Notes under the pieces: generated by a model
Databases searched by the model: none
What the model was told of the DNA's origin: nothing
Seen by the model: the letters and a program-made list of their open reading frames with translations, nothing else
Program-made: the position numbers and the translations under genes
Assembly (NCBI GenBank): GCA_001938485.1
Contig: MQRK01218689.1
Span: forward strand, 9,258 to 66,293
From: Girardia tigrina
Taxonomy: Eukaryota
Length of the DNA stretch: 57,036 nt
Direction of reading: 5' to 3'
In this document: piece by piece, positions 11,771 to 23,412 of the stretch
How the letters are laid out: every line of letters starts with the position of its first letter
How positions within the stretch are numbered: position 1 is the stretch's first letter

Positions 11771-14700
11771 TCCACAAACATTGAAAAGACTGTCCATCAT
11801 CGTTGCAAACGAATCCAAAAAATGCTTATAGAGGTGTTAAGAGTAATATTGTGGAGCATGACGCGTGCAACTTACGAGTAGAGAACACCTTCTACAAACA
11901 TAAGTTGGCGCAGAGAACTAGCTGGATACACCCGTCAACGAGAAAAAGACTGCTACTGGACTTATTCCTGTCGCAAAAGAGCAGATGCAACAGGATAAGC
12001 AATGTCAAAAGCTACCCGAATTTTGACTGCGGCTCTGACCACGACTTAGTCGTGTTAACGATATGGATCATCAACAACAATAAGGTGCTCAAGTTGGCAA
12101 ATGATAGAAGAAAGAAAAGAAAAGGAAGAATTGACAGATTTTCCTTGCTGAACAACAAAGTGGCCATCAGTAGTGACATAGGACAGGCTTGTCCGAATGT
12201 TGTGAGATGGGATGATGTGGAGAAGGTCATTTTGAAGACCTCAGAAAGATACAGAAAGAAAAAAGTCCNNNNNNNNNNNNNNNNNNNNNNNNNNNNNNNN
12301 NNNNNNNNNNNNNNNNNNNNNNNNNNNNNNNNNNNNNNNNNNNNNNNNNNNNNNNNNNNNNNNNNNNNNNNNNNNNNNNNNNNNNNNNNNNNNNNNNNNN
12401 NNNNNNNNNNNNNNNNNNNNNNNNNNNNNNNNNNNNNNNNNNNNNNNNNNNNNNNNNNNNNNNNNNNNNNNNNNNNNNNNNNNNNNNNNNNNNNNNNNNN
12501 NNNNNNNNNNNNNNNNNNNNNNNNNNNNNNNNNNNNNNNNNNNNNNNNNNNNNNNNNNNNNNNNNNNNNNNNNNNNNNNNNNNNNNNNNNNNNNNNNNNN
12601 NNNNNNNNNNNNNNNNNNNNNNNNNNNNNNNNNNNNNNNNNNNNNNNNNNNNNNNNNNNNNNNNNNNNNNNNNNNNNNNNNNNNNNNNNNNNNNNNNNNN
12701 NNNNNNNNNNNNNNNNNNNNNNNNNNNNNNNNNNNNNNNNNNNNNNNNNNNNNNNNNNNNNNNNNNNNNNNNNNNNNNNNNNNNNNNNNNNNNNNNNNNN
12801 NNNNNNNNNNNNNNNNNNNNNNNNNNNNNNNNNNNNNNNNNNNNNNNNNNNNNNNNNNNNNNNNNNNNNNNNNNNNNNNNNNNNNNNNNNNNNNNNNNNN
12901 NNNNNNNNNNNNNNNNNNNNNNNNNNNNNNNNNNNNNNNNNNNNNNNNNNNNNNNNNNNNNNNNNNNNNNNNNNNNNNNNNNNNNNNNNNNNNNNNNNNN
13001 NNNNNNNNNNNNNNNNNNNNNNNNNNNNNNNNNNNNNNNNNNNNNNNNNNNNNNNNNNNNNNNNNNNNNNNNNNNNNNNNNNNNNNNNNNNNNNNNNNNN
13101 NNNNNNNNNNNNNNNNNNNNNNNNNNNNNNNNNNNNNNNNNNNNNNNNNNNNNNNNNNNNNNNNNNNNNNNNNNNNNNNNNNNNNNNNNNNNNNNNNNNN
13201 NNAAAGTTCTCTGGGATTGCCTTCAAGGAATTGGAATACAGGATCGGATGCTAAGTATCATCATGAAATTTCATGAAGGTTTCACGGGAAGCATTGGAAA
13301 GGATAAATTCAGTATGGACAATGGAGTCCGTCAGAGTTGCGTATTGGGTCCTCTACTATTCAACCTTGTCATAGATCATGCAATTAAGACCGCCATCAAG
13401 GAAGGACTATCAGGTGGTGTGAAACTAAAATACAATGGGGAAGAGCTGACCGTGAACAGACTTGCTTATGCAGACAACCTGTGCTTACTGGACGAAGACT
13501 ATGCAAATATCGAACGGAATATCACGTGTCTCAACACTGTGTTCTTGAATATGGGGCTCAAAATCAACATTGGGAAAACAAAGATCCTGAATCTCAATGG
13601 AGCAAAGTACATTACGGCAAGAGACGAGCTGAATGCCGGAATAGAATGGGTGGAGGAATTCTGCTACCTGGGATCGATAATTGAAAGGAGAGGAAGCTCA
13701 GGTACGGACATCAAAGCCAGAAATCAGAAAGGAGCAGCGAAATTACGGACGATCAGACCAGTGTTGAAGAACAACAAATTGTCTCTCCGGAATAAGAAGA
13801 ACATAATTAGCAGCTGTGTATTCCCGGTAATTTACTACAGCTGTGAAAATTGGAGGACAAATGAAGTACACGTGAAAAAGCTAAAAGCATTTCACATTCT
13901 ATGCACTCGGCGAACTTTGGGGATTTCGAAAGCCGAAAAGATTAAGATGGATGAGATATCAATTGGACTGCAAAGCCCAATGGATATCATCGCACGGAGA
14001 AGAATCGTACACAATACCAAGGTCGATTTAGGAGAATGCCCGGAGAACGTCAAGCAGATCAGTGGATGCGAACTCATCAGAGGAAGAAGATCAGCGGTCG
14101 GAGAAAGCAACATCTGGTAGAATGTCTCAGAGTGGATGCTCACTGGCTCTTTGGAGCCGAGTACAGTTTCGGTGAATTTAAAAGAGACGTTCTGCAGGAA
14201 AACTTACTGAAGATGGATGGAAAGATCGAGAAAGTATTCCGACTGAAGAGAATCCAAAGAAGCGGGGACGAGCAAACACTAAGACTGATGCTACCTCGTC
14301 TGAAAGAACAAAGCTGCCCGATGGATGCCTGTCATAGACAGTATGCAGAAGTGAAGGAATTGAACAGGCATCTCAGAATAGATCACAATGGAGCAGGCCC
14401 AATTCCGCGAAAACAAAGAGAAAAAAAAGCCCAGCCACGTCAGAAGAAAGGAAAATATCAATATCAACACTGCCCGAGGGAATACAAGGCCGCTGGTTTC
14501 TTAAGGATTCATATTCAGAAGAATTATCAAGAAGTTCCAACATCCAACGCCCAGAGAGAAGAAAACTTGGAAGAAGAGAACCAGGAAGAGCCGACATCAA
14601 ACCAATTCAATCCTCAGTTGCCGGACGCAACTGTGAGTATGCCGAGGATACAGCAGAACGACAATGCCGAAGAGACGCACCTACAATACCGACTGCCAGC

Positions 14701-14970
14701 CGATTACAAGACTGCAAGAGGACAATTCAAGTGCCCATTTCGCGGTTGTTACGCGTCCACCGTAACAGCCAACGGCATGTACGGCCATGGTACCAAGTTC
14801 TATGGTTGGTCGTTCATTACTGGCAAGCCGACTGCTCAGAGGCGGAAGGCCACTGACCCCATAGGAGGCCTATCGGGGGGCCCTTAAGGACTTTAGTTTG
14901 GGTGGACCCTCTAAAGAGCCTTAGGCTCAATACCATTACAGAGATGGGAGGCCCACATTGTGGAGCATAG
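11771..14970 (+). mobile_element. RTE-like non-LTR retrotransposon (APE-RT plus C-terminal C2H2 fingers), spans assembly gap
   Basis: APE C-terminal motifs (SWIHPST...LLDLFL...CGSDHDLV), RT (GVRQSCVLGPLLFN, LAYADN, GLKINIGKTK, FCYLGS), then a shifted ORF 14036-14887 with C2H2-like motifs. YADN instead of YADD suggests an inactive copy. Confidence 0.88.
12269..13202. other. Assembly gap (N run)
   Basis: Ns. Further gaps at 47311-47430 and 52347-52396. Confidence 1.
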
Positions 14971-14974
14971 AAAA

Positions 14975-15280
14975 ACTTGTTTACGTGATTAAAGTATAAA
15001 TGATTTCAAAATTCTGTGCAAGCATTTTAAAATTTATTGGGATAAAGTGTCGTGTAAAACTTTATTAATAAGGTTTCGTGACCTTAAAATAATTATTCAA
15101 ACTGCCCTCTCAACCAATTTTTTGATTATTTTTACGTATTAAGTTGAACAATCATCAATTTCATACATAAAAGCAGTAAAAAGCTAAAAATCAGTGATTC
15201 GAAGATGACGGTAAAACCGTCGAAATGTATTATCATGAAAAAATATAGTTTGAATGGCTGATCTTTTGTTTTATAAAAAA
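14975..15280 (+). mobile_element. PLE 3' fragment (GIY-YIG C-terminus plus hammerhead-bearing end)
   Basis: SINDFKILCKHFKIYWDKVSCKTLLIRFRDLK, similar to the 45365-45592 ORF; followed by a hammerhead-like motif. Confidence 0.7.
15191..15238 (+). ncRNA. Degenerate minimal type I hammerhead ribozyme
   Basis: Stem I tcagtgat/atca-tga; core tcgaaga (consensus CTGANGA); stem II gacgg-taaaa-ccgtc; GAAA; short stem III then UH. Confidence 0.6.
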
Positions 15281-16199
15281 ATGCTTTTTTTAAAATTTAT
15301 TCACAAAATTATAAAAAATTGAATTATTTAAAATATCGAAATAGGAGAAATGATTATTAAAATTAAACAGATTTTTTTGTTATCAAAACACTTGCTCTTT
15401 ATATTATATTTAATATTGTTATTTCAATAAATTTGAATCACAAATAACTTTTATTTAATTTAAGCCAAGATTGAAGTGATGTGTGTAATAATAAGTAAGT
15501 TTCTTTTAACAGAAAAACTTAAAAAAATATTCCAGTTTTTATAAATATAACCATGGCGGTGATACTTATTGTGGAAATCAGATTCAAATTAATAAGTAAG
15601 AGATATATTTATTAGTTAATGTTAGTTAAATGCTATTTTATTTTATATATTTTATAGTTTTATTTTTTAATCCTTATTTTTAATATTTATTTTCATTGAC
15701 AATCGAAGTATCGAGAGCACATATTTTGTTATCCTTCTTTTATTATTATTCATTTCCTAATATTACCAATAACATAATTCTTAATATTTTTGGTCATTAA
15801 ATTTAATATTTTAAAATTGCGTTTATTTCCTTTTTAATGTTATAAGGACTTGTCGACATTGAGACATCGATAATCGTATTACGCCGTTGCCAAGTACGAG
15901 TAGTCGCCTGTTGTGGCGGCGATTCGCGATTGCACGATCAGATATTTTCGATAATCGGGATCGACGGATTCCCGTTTGAATTCCTTGGCAAACGGACGTC
16001 TAACAAATCGATAAAACCAAGATCCATGATTCTGTTTTTCTTGCATTTTTTCGAGCATTTATTCTTTCAGAAAATTTCTTTATATATGATGTTAGAAAAA
16101 TAATTGTTTATCGCTTTTTGAAACAGAAAAATTCTTGTTAATAGAATGGTTTCAAATATTTAATTACAAAGAAAATAAATTTAATGAACGCGATAATAA

Positions 16200-16640
16200 T
16201 TCGAATATATTTAAACAATACAAAAATTAATTAAAGTCATCATCGTGATTGTTAGCTCAATTTAATTAATAAAAGTTTTAGCGCTATTAACAACATCAAT
16301 ATGAGGTTTGTAGCATTTATTAATATCACAAGCGCATTCACTATTTGACATCTCTCTTGATCAATATATTTCTGAGTTCAAACTAATTAAATTCAATAAA
16401 TGAAAATCTGTTAATAAAAATTAACATATTAAATTAATATATTAAAATTTTAAATTACATTAAAAATAAATAATACATTCAATAATTATTTAAAATTTTT
16501 TTACTTTAAAACTAAATTTAAGTATTTTTAATTAGTAGGAATCAAAGAAAATATCAATCATCCATCTGTGTAGGGGAGGCACAATCCTAATCAACATACA
16601 ACATGCACAATATCAACACACAATTCAAAACATTCCTCAC
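16200..16640 (+). repeat. Unclassified dispersed repeat with conserved core ATCAATCATCCATCTGGGTAGGAGAGGCACAATCC
   Basis: Five copies: 16200-16640 (+), 27145-27240 (-), ~39420-39540 (+), ~40150-40341 (+), 48004-48420 (-). Confidence 0.8.
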
Positions 16641-17389
16641 AAGCGCGAATTTGGTTTTCCGATTTTTCAAATAACCATTAACATTTTATTAGAATATATT
16701 AAGAATGAAACGAAAATCGATGGACAATTTAAAATTGTATTTTGAAGATATGCGAAATTTAAATTTTATTTCGGCCGAAAATTCCATTAAATTATTATCG
16801 ATTGACGAAAATTTTCCTCTTTTAATTGAATCATTAAATCAAATTTCAGGAATTTCGATACGGAAGAAACAAGCTGAGAGTTTCTCTGACGCCAAATTAC
16901 TTTCATTGGAATTGAGAAGTAGAAAGAAAATTTCGGACAATAAAACAATTTTTCGAGGATTTCTGATTTGTTTTTTCGTTTACTTTCGATTCTGATCAAT
17001 CTCCAATGCAATATGATCGTATTTTTCAGGCCCGTTTCCAATTTGAAACTCAAGTCGGGATTCAGAATCTCAGATAGTTTACCACAGTTAATTTATGCTA
17101 AAGACTCATTGAAACAAGAAATTGATACCGATAAAACAGAAATATTCTATCCAATTTTATCGACAATCACCCTAGAGATCGATTGTCTGATCAATTCGTT
17201 GGAAGCTCATGAAAAATGACAAATCTCAACTTTTTCATTCAACTTAATGAGTTAAAATCTGTCTTTAAAAACGATCAATACATGAAAAATTCATGTAATT
17301 CACGTGAGCTTCAAATTTTTTATTTGACCCCCGGACCTGACGATCGCTCCCCGCCGCCGGCGCACCTCAGCCACAAAAACGCTGCACCC

Positions 17390-17710
17390 GCTCTTGCATC
17401 ACCACATCCCTACCTGACACCTCTTTCCATGAGAAACTCACAATCTCCCACAGAGGCAATGAAGCTCTCATGGAACTCCTTGATCAGGTTGAGAATCAGG
17501 TTGTCGGTCAAGCCGAATCTTTTCAGGCAGGCCCCAGAACTCCACGTGAGACACTATCAAATACCTTTTCCAAATCGATGAATATCACAAATACCTTCTG
17601 GTTCTAATATTGACCTTCTTTCTGTATTCACTTGAGCATACTTATAGCTTGCATAGAACCTCTTTTCTCCGAAAACCAAACAACTAATGATCTAACCTTT
17701 CTTTTGAATA
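17390..17710 (-). mobile_element. LINE RT fragment, same type as the 11.8-15 kb element
   Basis: Minus strand FIDLEKVFDSV...LKRFGLTDNLILNLIKEFHESFIASVGDCEFLMERGVR*GC. Confidence 0.75.
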
Positions 17711-17923
17711 ATATTTGTTGCTACAACCGTTTATTGAGGGTTGTATGTATGTGGGTATGGTACATTTGAGTTGTTAAAGTACCGATTGGAGGAGGAAAAT
17801 GGTCACTAATCAGAGCAATTTGTCAGATCGATTGTTTGTTTTGTAACAATCATTTTTCATTAATAATTTTAAATAAATAATTTAGTTTTGGTTAATTATT
17901 AATAATTTTTGTACATCAATATA

Positions 17924-19159
17924 CAGGGTGATCATAAAGTAACTACCGGGTTTTAAACTGCATTAACTTTTTTTGGCAAAACATTATGAAAAAATTGTTT
18001 TAAATAACAAAAAAAGCATTTGTTAAAAATTTAATAATATTCAACAGAATAACCATCGAAATCAATACAATGTTTAAGGCGTCCATAAAAAGACTTAATG
18101 GCATTTTGGCACATTTCACCATCTACTTTTACCGCTTGGTGAATGATTGATACACTTCATTCTTTAAATACCCCCACACAAAAAATCGAGTTGTGATCAA
18201 ATCAGGTGACCTAGCCGGCCATACATATGAACCACATCGTCCCAGCCAACGTTGTAAATACACTTCAACCAGAAATTTTCGCACAATCAGTGAATAATGG
18301 GCAGGTGCTCTATCTTGCTGGAACACAGCTTTCCGTTTACATGTTCTTGATAATGATGGCATAAAGTAACTTTGTTAACATATCCAGGTAAAGCGCCGCT
18401 GTTCTGTTTCCTTCAACAAAAAGGGGCCCATAAACACGAGTTGAAGATAACCCCATCTAAACATTAACTTTTTCACTAGCCTGTGACATCTAATATGTTT
18501 TGGTTGGTGTTTCAGTGCCCCAAATGCAACAGTTATGTCTGTTTACAATGCGTTAAGATGGAAAGTTGACTCATCAGAGAATATCAGGTTACTAAGAAAA
18601 TCTTCATATGTATCTATCGATTGAATTAACGTTTCACACATAACACGTCTAAGAGCGCAATCTTCTTCATACAAAGGTTGCGTGGCTTGAATTCTGTAGG
18701 GGAACATTTTTAAGTCGTTGACAACGATTTCCTGATAGAAGACTGGGGTTCTTGCTTAAAATGTTCTGCTATCTCAATTTTCTTTTCATCATCAATTAGT
18801 GGTCTTCCAGATTTTTTGGAATTTAGAACACTTCCTGTTTCTTCAAACTTTTTGAAGATGCTTCTAATACTTTTTTTCGGGTGGAATATTTTTCCATTTA
18901 AGTCGTTGAAATTCTCTTCTTACTAAAGTCAATGACTCATGCTTCGCAAATAAAATAACAATTTTTACACGCTGATTTACATCCACTTTGAATCTTACGC
19001 TTAAAACAATAACAACAATTAATACATTGAAACAAAATGTACTTTTAATTAAATTTTAAGGAATAAGCTTCAAGATGCCTTTATAATTAAAAAGAAATAC
19101 AATATAATTCAAAATTTATTGCAGTTTAAAACCCGGTAGTAACTTTATGATCGATATTG
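17924..19159 (-). mobile_element. Tc1/mariner rosa-like (DD41D) DNA transposon, decayed, near full length
   Basis: TIRs cagggtgatcataaagtaactaccgggttttaaactgca and its inverse, TA flanks. FSDESTFHL, FQQDRAPAH, WPARSPDL...FFVWGYLK, with about 41 residues between the 2nd and 3rd catalytic positions. Confidence 0.88.
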
Positions 19160-19969
19160 TACAGAAGTGTTCTCAAGGCATAAATTATTTGTTCTTGAAA
19201 TACCTTTTGGTAATAAAATTTTAATTAAATATTAATAAATATTAAAAATTGATATACACTTACAAATACTTATTCTTTTCAGCTAAATTCATAGAGAATA
19301 AAAGTAATTATTTTTGTTTAAAGTTTGTATTGAAATAATTATATTTATTTTCATATATTCATAATAACAATATAATATTTTTCCTTTATTGATCCTTTTT
19401 TTTCTCGTGTTTTTAAGATTTTAATTGTTTAAATTTAAAAAAATTTTATAATAATATTTTAAGACACTAAAATGTTTTTAGTTTTTTGATTATTTTATTT
19501 TATATGAGTACTCAGTTATTTGATGAAAAATTTTTAAGTACGTTTTTTAGTTTATCAAAAAGAAATAAAGAATAACTTTTTGTAATCATCATAAAAAAGC
19601 TTTTCTAAACACCTTCTTTATGATGAATTCTAATGCAATTTCTCTTTTTTTAATTTATTCACATTTTTATAACAGTGGAAAGTATGCTTCGGTCTATTAC
19701 AATAAATGTAGAAGTAATATTTAAGACTAAGTTAGTGCTATATAACTGATATAAAGTAACGCAGCAAAAATTAAAAATATGAATTGTTAAAAAACTATAC
19801 ATTAATCATACATTTTCAGAAGAAAATTTCTTTGCATGCCGCAATCACAAATTTCACGATATTATGGTTGTGTTGAGGTCTCGAAAGGGGTCCGTGTGAA
19901 TCCTAGAAGTGCGTCACCTCTGAAAACAACCATTACCAATTTCATACAGAAAGGTGTAGCAGGGACGAT

Positions 19970-20202
19970 AGTAGATGGTAAAATACGAGTATGGAACAAA
20001 ATTTCATAAAAAAAACAATCATTATGAAAACATGTATAATATTATTATTTAATAATAATAAAAATAAATTAATTTAAAAAAAATAAATAAGTTTTTTTTT
20101 AAATTAATTTATTTCTATTATTATTAAATAATAATATTATATATGTTTTCAAAAATGTTTTTTCCATAAAATTTTTTCTATACCCGTATTTTACCATCTA
20201 CT
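19970..20202. repeat. 233-bp imperfect palindrome (AGTAGATGG...CCATCTACT)
   Basis: Arms pair almost to the centre (~20086). No clear TSD. Confidence 0.9.
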
Positions 20203-20359
20203 CTAAAATGAGAAAATAAATTTTCATAAAAATATTTTTACATAATTCAATTTTATCGATCAATAAGATTTTCAAAATTTTTTACAATTTTATTTTTTAA
20301 ATATTTTTTTATAAGCCAGAAATTATAAGTCAAAATTTAAAATAAAAAAAATTTAATAA

Positions 20360-20605
20360 AATTATTTCATCGGTAAAAATTATCAATTCCATTTTTATAA
20401 AAAAAATTTATTTAACAGTAGAAATAAAATTATAATAATAAATTTATTTTATCGGTAAAAAAATTTATATTAAAAAAATAATAAACTTTTTTTCATCAAT
20501 AAAATAATAAATATAAAATTTTTTTTATCAGTAAAAAAATAAATATAAAATGTTTTCATCAGTAAAAAAAATAAATATAATATTTTTTCATCAGTAAAAA
20601 TAATT
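20360..20605 (+). repeat. Degenerate tandem repeats of tttt(c)atc(a/g)gtaaaaa, about 31-32 bp period in the last copies
   Basis: About six copies between the palindrome and the ATPase. Confidence 0.65.
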
Positions 20606-20629
20606 ATCAATAAATTCAAATTATAAATA

Positions 20630-21470
20630 TAAAAAAAGGAAACAGAAAATTCCAAATCAGAAATATAATCAGTTTCAATCCAAAAATATTATATTATTAC
20701 AAATCAAATTTTAAAGATAAATTATTTCCACTGAATTTCAGATTACTGTTAATAGGAGAATCTGGATGTGGTAAAGATGCACTATCAATGGAAATGTTAA
20801 CGAAACCAGAATTTCTTGACTATTCAAATTTAATTTTGTACTCAACTACAATAAATCAACCTGAATTGTTAATATTAAAATATGCATTTGAAAATAAAAT
20901 AACAAAAGAAGGATTCAATGATATTTTTGATAATCAAGAATTATTATATAAATTGATTAAGAAACATTATCTATATCAAAATTCAATTGAAATTCTATCA
21001 CCAGAATTATTAGTAGATAAATATATTTCATTAATTCCTAGATTCAATGAACGAGATAAAAACACCGTAATTTCAGAAAAAAACAAAATATAAAAGTAAC
21101 ATTTTCAAATAATCCAGATGATATTCAATCTTGTGATGATTTACCAAGAAATGAAAAAAATTTAACAATATTTGACGATGTAAATTTAAAAAATTAAAAA
21201 TTATTGAAATCATATTTTACTAGAGGAAGACATAATAATTGTAATATTATATACATTTCACAATCTTTTTATGAATTAGATAAAAATTCAATACGTGCAA
21301 ATTCAAATTGTTTTATATTTTTTGAATTAAATAAAAGAGACCGTTCCTTAATTTTTATGATCTATTGCCATTTGAAAAAGAAATGGTTGAACAAAAAATA
21401 ATTTATCACTGGAAAAATAAAGAACATAATTATATATTTTATAATAAAAATATATAAAGATATATTTGAA
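20630..21470 (+). pseudogene. A32/FtsK-HerA-like genome-packaging ATPase
   Basis: Walker A LLLIGESGCGK (~20743-20775), Walker B LTIFDDV (~21165-21182), YFTRGRHNNCNIIYISQSFYEL...IRANSN; frameshifted. Confidence 0.88.
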
Positions 21471-21569
21471 GAAATTGTTATTAAAACGGATTGAATTCAA
21501 TTTCTTTCAAAAGTCGAAAATCTTAATTTTTATCTAAAAAATTGATTCAATATTAAAAAAAAATAAAAG

Positions 21570-23344
21570 ATGAAAATAAAATAAATACATTTTTTGTTAT
21601 GAATATTGTAAATGTAAAGGAATATGGAAAGATAGATCTAAAAATATTATATCTAAAAAACATGTTAAGAATATTGCAAAAACATATATTAGTGATAATA
21701 CTGATAATACAAATTCTGATAATACATATTCAAATAATAATACATATACAGGTTCCGATATTCAACAATCAGCATCCAAAATTGAAAAATTCATTCCTAA
21801 ATTTTTGAAAACTAAATATGGTGAATTACATCTTCCTAAAAAAAATTATGTGATCCATTAACAAAATTAGATATCAGATTAGATAAAAGTGATATTCCAC
21901 ATGATTGGAGTATTCCAGTTGATAGAGTTGATAATGCATGTCATAAACATGATTTAGTATCCAGATCAGATAATCTTGAAGATAGACATATTGCAGATGT
22001 CCTCCTAATTCATGAAATAAATGGTATCCAAAATCCAACTATAAGAGAAAAGATCGACCGATTATAAATTAAATTAGCTATGAAAGAGAAATTAATGTTT
22101 GGCGGCGTGATCGATAGCAGACCACTTGAAAGAGCAGCTAAATCCAAAGCAATGGAAAATTTATATAAGCAAGCGGATGAAGATGAAGATGAACCAATCG
22201 AAGATGAACAACTTGAATCTGAACTAGATAAACAGTCAAAAGCTTTCAAATTAGCAAATGAATTACATCATGAATATAAAAAACCAAAGAAATATTTAAA
22301 AGTAGAAGTAAGTAAAAAAGATGATATTTGGTCTGCAGATTTAATATTTTTACCAAATGGAACAAATAAACAAAAAGGTCCCCAAAAACAGACCGAAGGT
22401 CCACAAAAACAGATTCCCGTCCTAACAGTTATTGATTTAAATACAAGATTTGCATTTATTTATCCATTAGAAAATAAAAAAAACCCAAATTATTGAAGGA
22501 TTTGAAAATATAATAGAAGCTTCCAATAGAAAACCAAATTACTTATGGGTTGATCAAGGAACAGAATTTTATAATCGACCCTTTAGAGAATATTTAAAAG
22601 ATAATAATATTTGGTCTGCAGATTTAATATTTTTACCAAATGGAACAAATAAACAAAAAGATCCCCAAAAACAGACCGAACGTCCACAAAAACAGATTCC
22701 CGTCCTAACAGTTATTGATTTATATACAAGATTTGCATTTATTTATCCATTAGAAAATAAAAAAAACCCAAATTATTGAAGGATTTGAAAATATAATAGA
22801 ATCTTCCAATAGAAAACCAAATTACTTATGGGTTGATCAAGGAACAGAATTTTATAATCAACCCTTTAAAGAATATTTAAAAGATAATAATATTATCATG
22901 TATTCAACTTATAATGAAGGAAAAGCAGTAGTTATCGAAAGATGTAATAGAACACTAAAAAATAAATTATTTAAATATTTTACAATTCAAGGCAATCAAA
23001 AATTGGATATCACTCTATTAAATAAGTTGGTAGATGAATATAATAATACAATTTACTCAATTATTGGAATAACTTCAAAAGAAGCATCAGAAGATCTTAA
23101 TTTATCATTAGTCGGACATACTCCAAATTTACAAAGTCCAAAATTCAAAATTGGTACTCGAGTAAGAATTTATAGATATAAAAATAAATTTGAAAAAGGA
23201 TATACATATCAATTTAATAAAGAAATTTTTATTGTAAATAAAGTATACTACTCCGATCCGATAACTTATGGACTGTCCGATTTAAATGGTGAACAGATTT
23301 TAGGAAGATTTTATTCAAATGAATTGATAAAAACAGAGTTCTAA
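21570..23344 (+). pseudogene. Zn-finger / parvovirus-type PLA2 / rve integrase fusion
   Basis: EYCKC...SKKH; GELHLP...PVDRVDNACHKHDL...DRHIAD...NPTIRE; LANELH...IWSADL...VIDL.TRFA...LWVDQGTEFYN...KAVVIERCNRTLK...KFEKGY. No chromodomain. Contains a 283-bp duplication. Confidence 0.85.
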
Positions 23345-23412
23345 AAACTACATTTACACTGTGTCCCACTTTTTTCTAAAAAAATCAAAAATCATAATAT
23401 TATACTTAAAAA

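Noticed and set aside
11803-13254. 483-aa and 404-aa ORFs in the track
   Set aside because: Their length comes from the N gap; only the flanking LINE sequence is real.
14860-14960. HDV-like ribozyme at the LINE end
   Set aside because: P2, P3 and L3 cannot be fitted on either strand.
16705-17330. Possible hAT transposase remnant (EIFYPILSTI)
   Set aside because: Only one weak motif; no catalytic residues or TIRs.
20360-20605. Repeat-spacer appearance suggesting CRISPR
   Set aside because: The spacers are themselves similar A/T tracts, there are no cas genes, and the context is eukaryotic.
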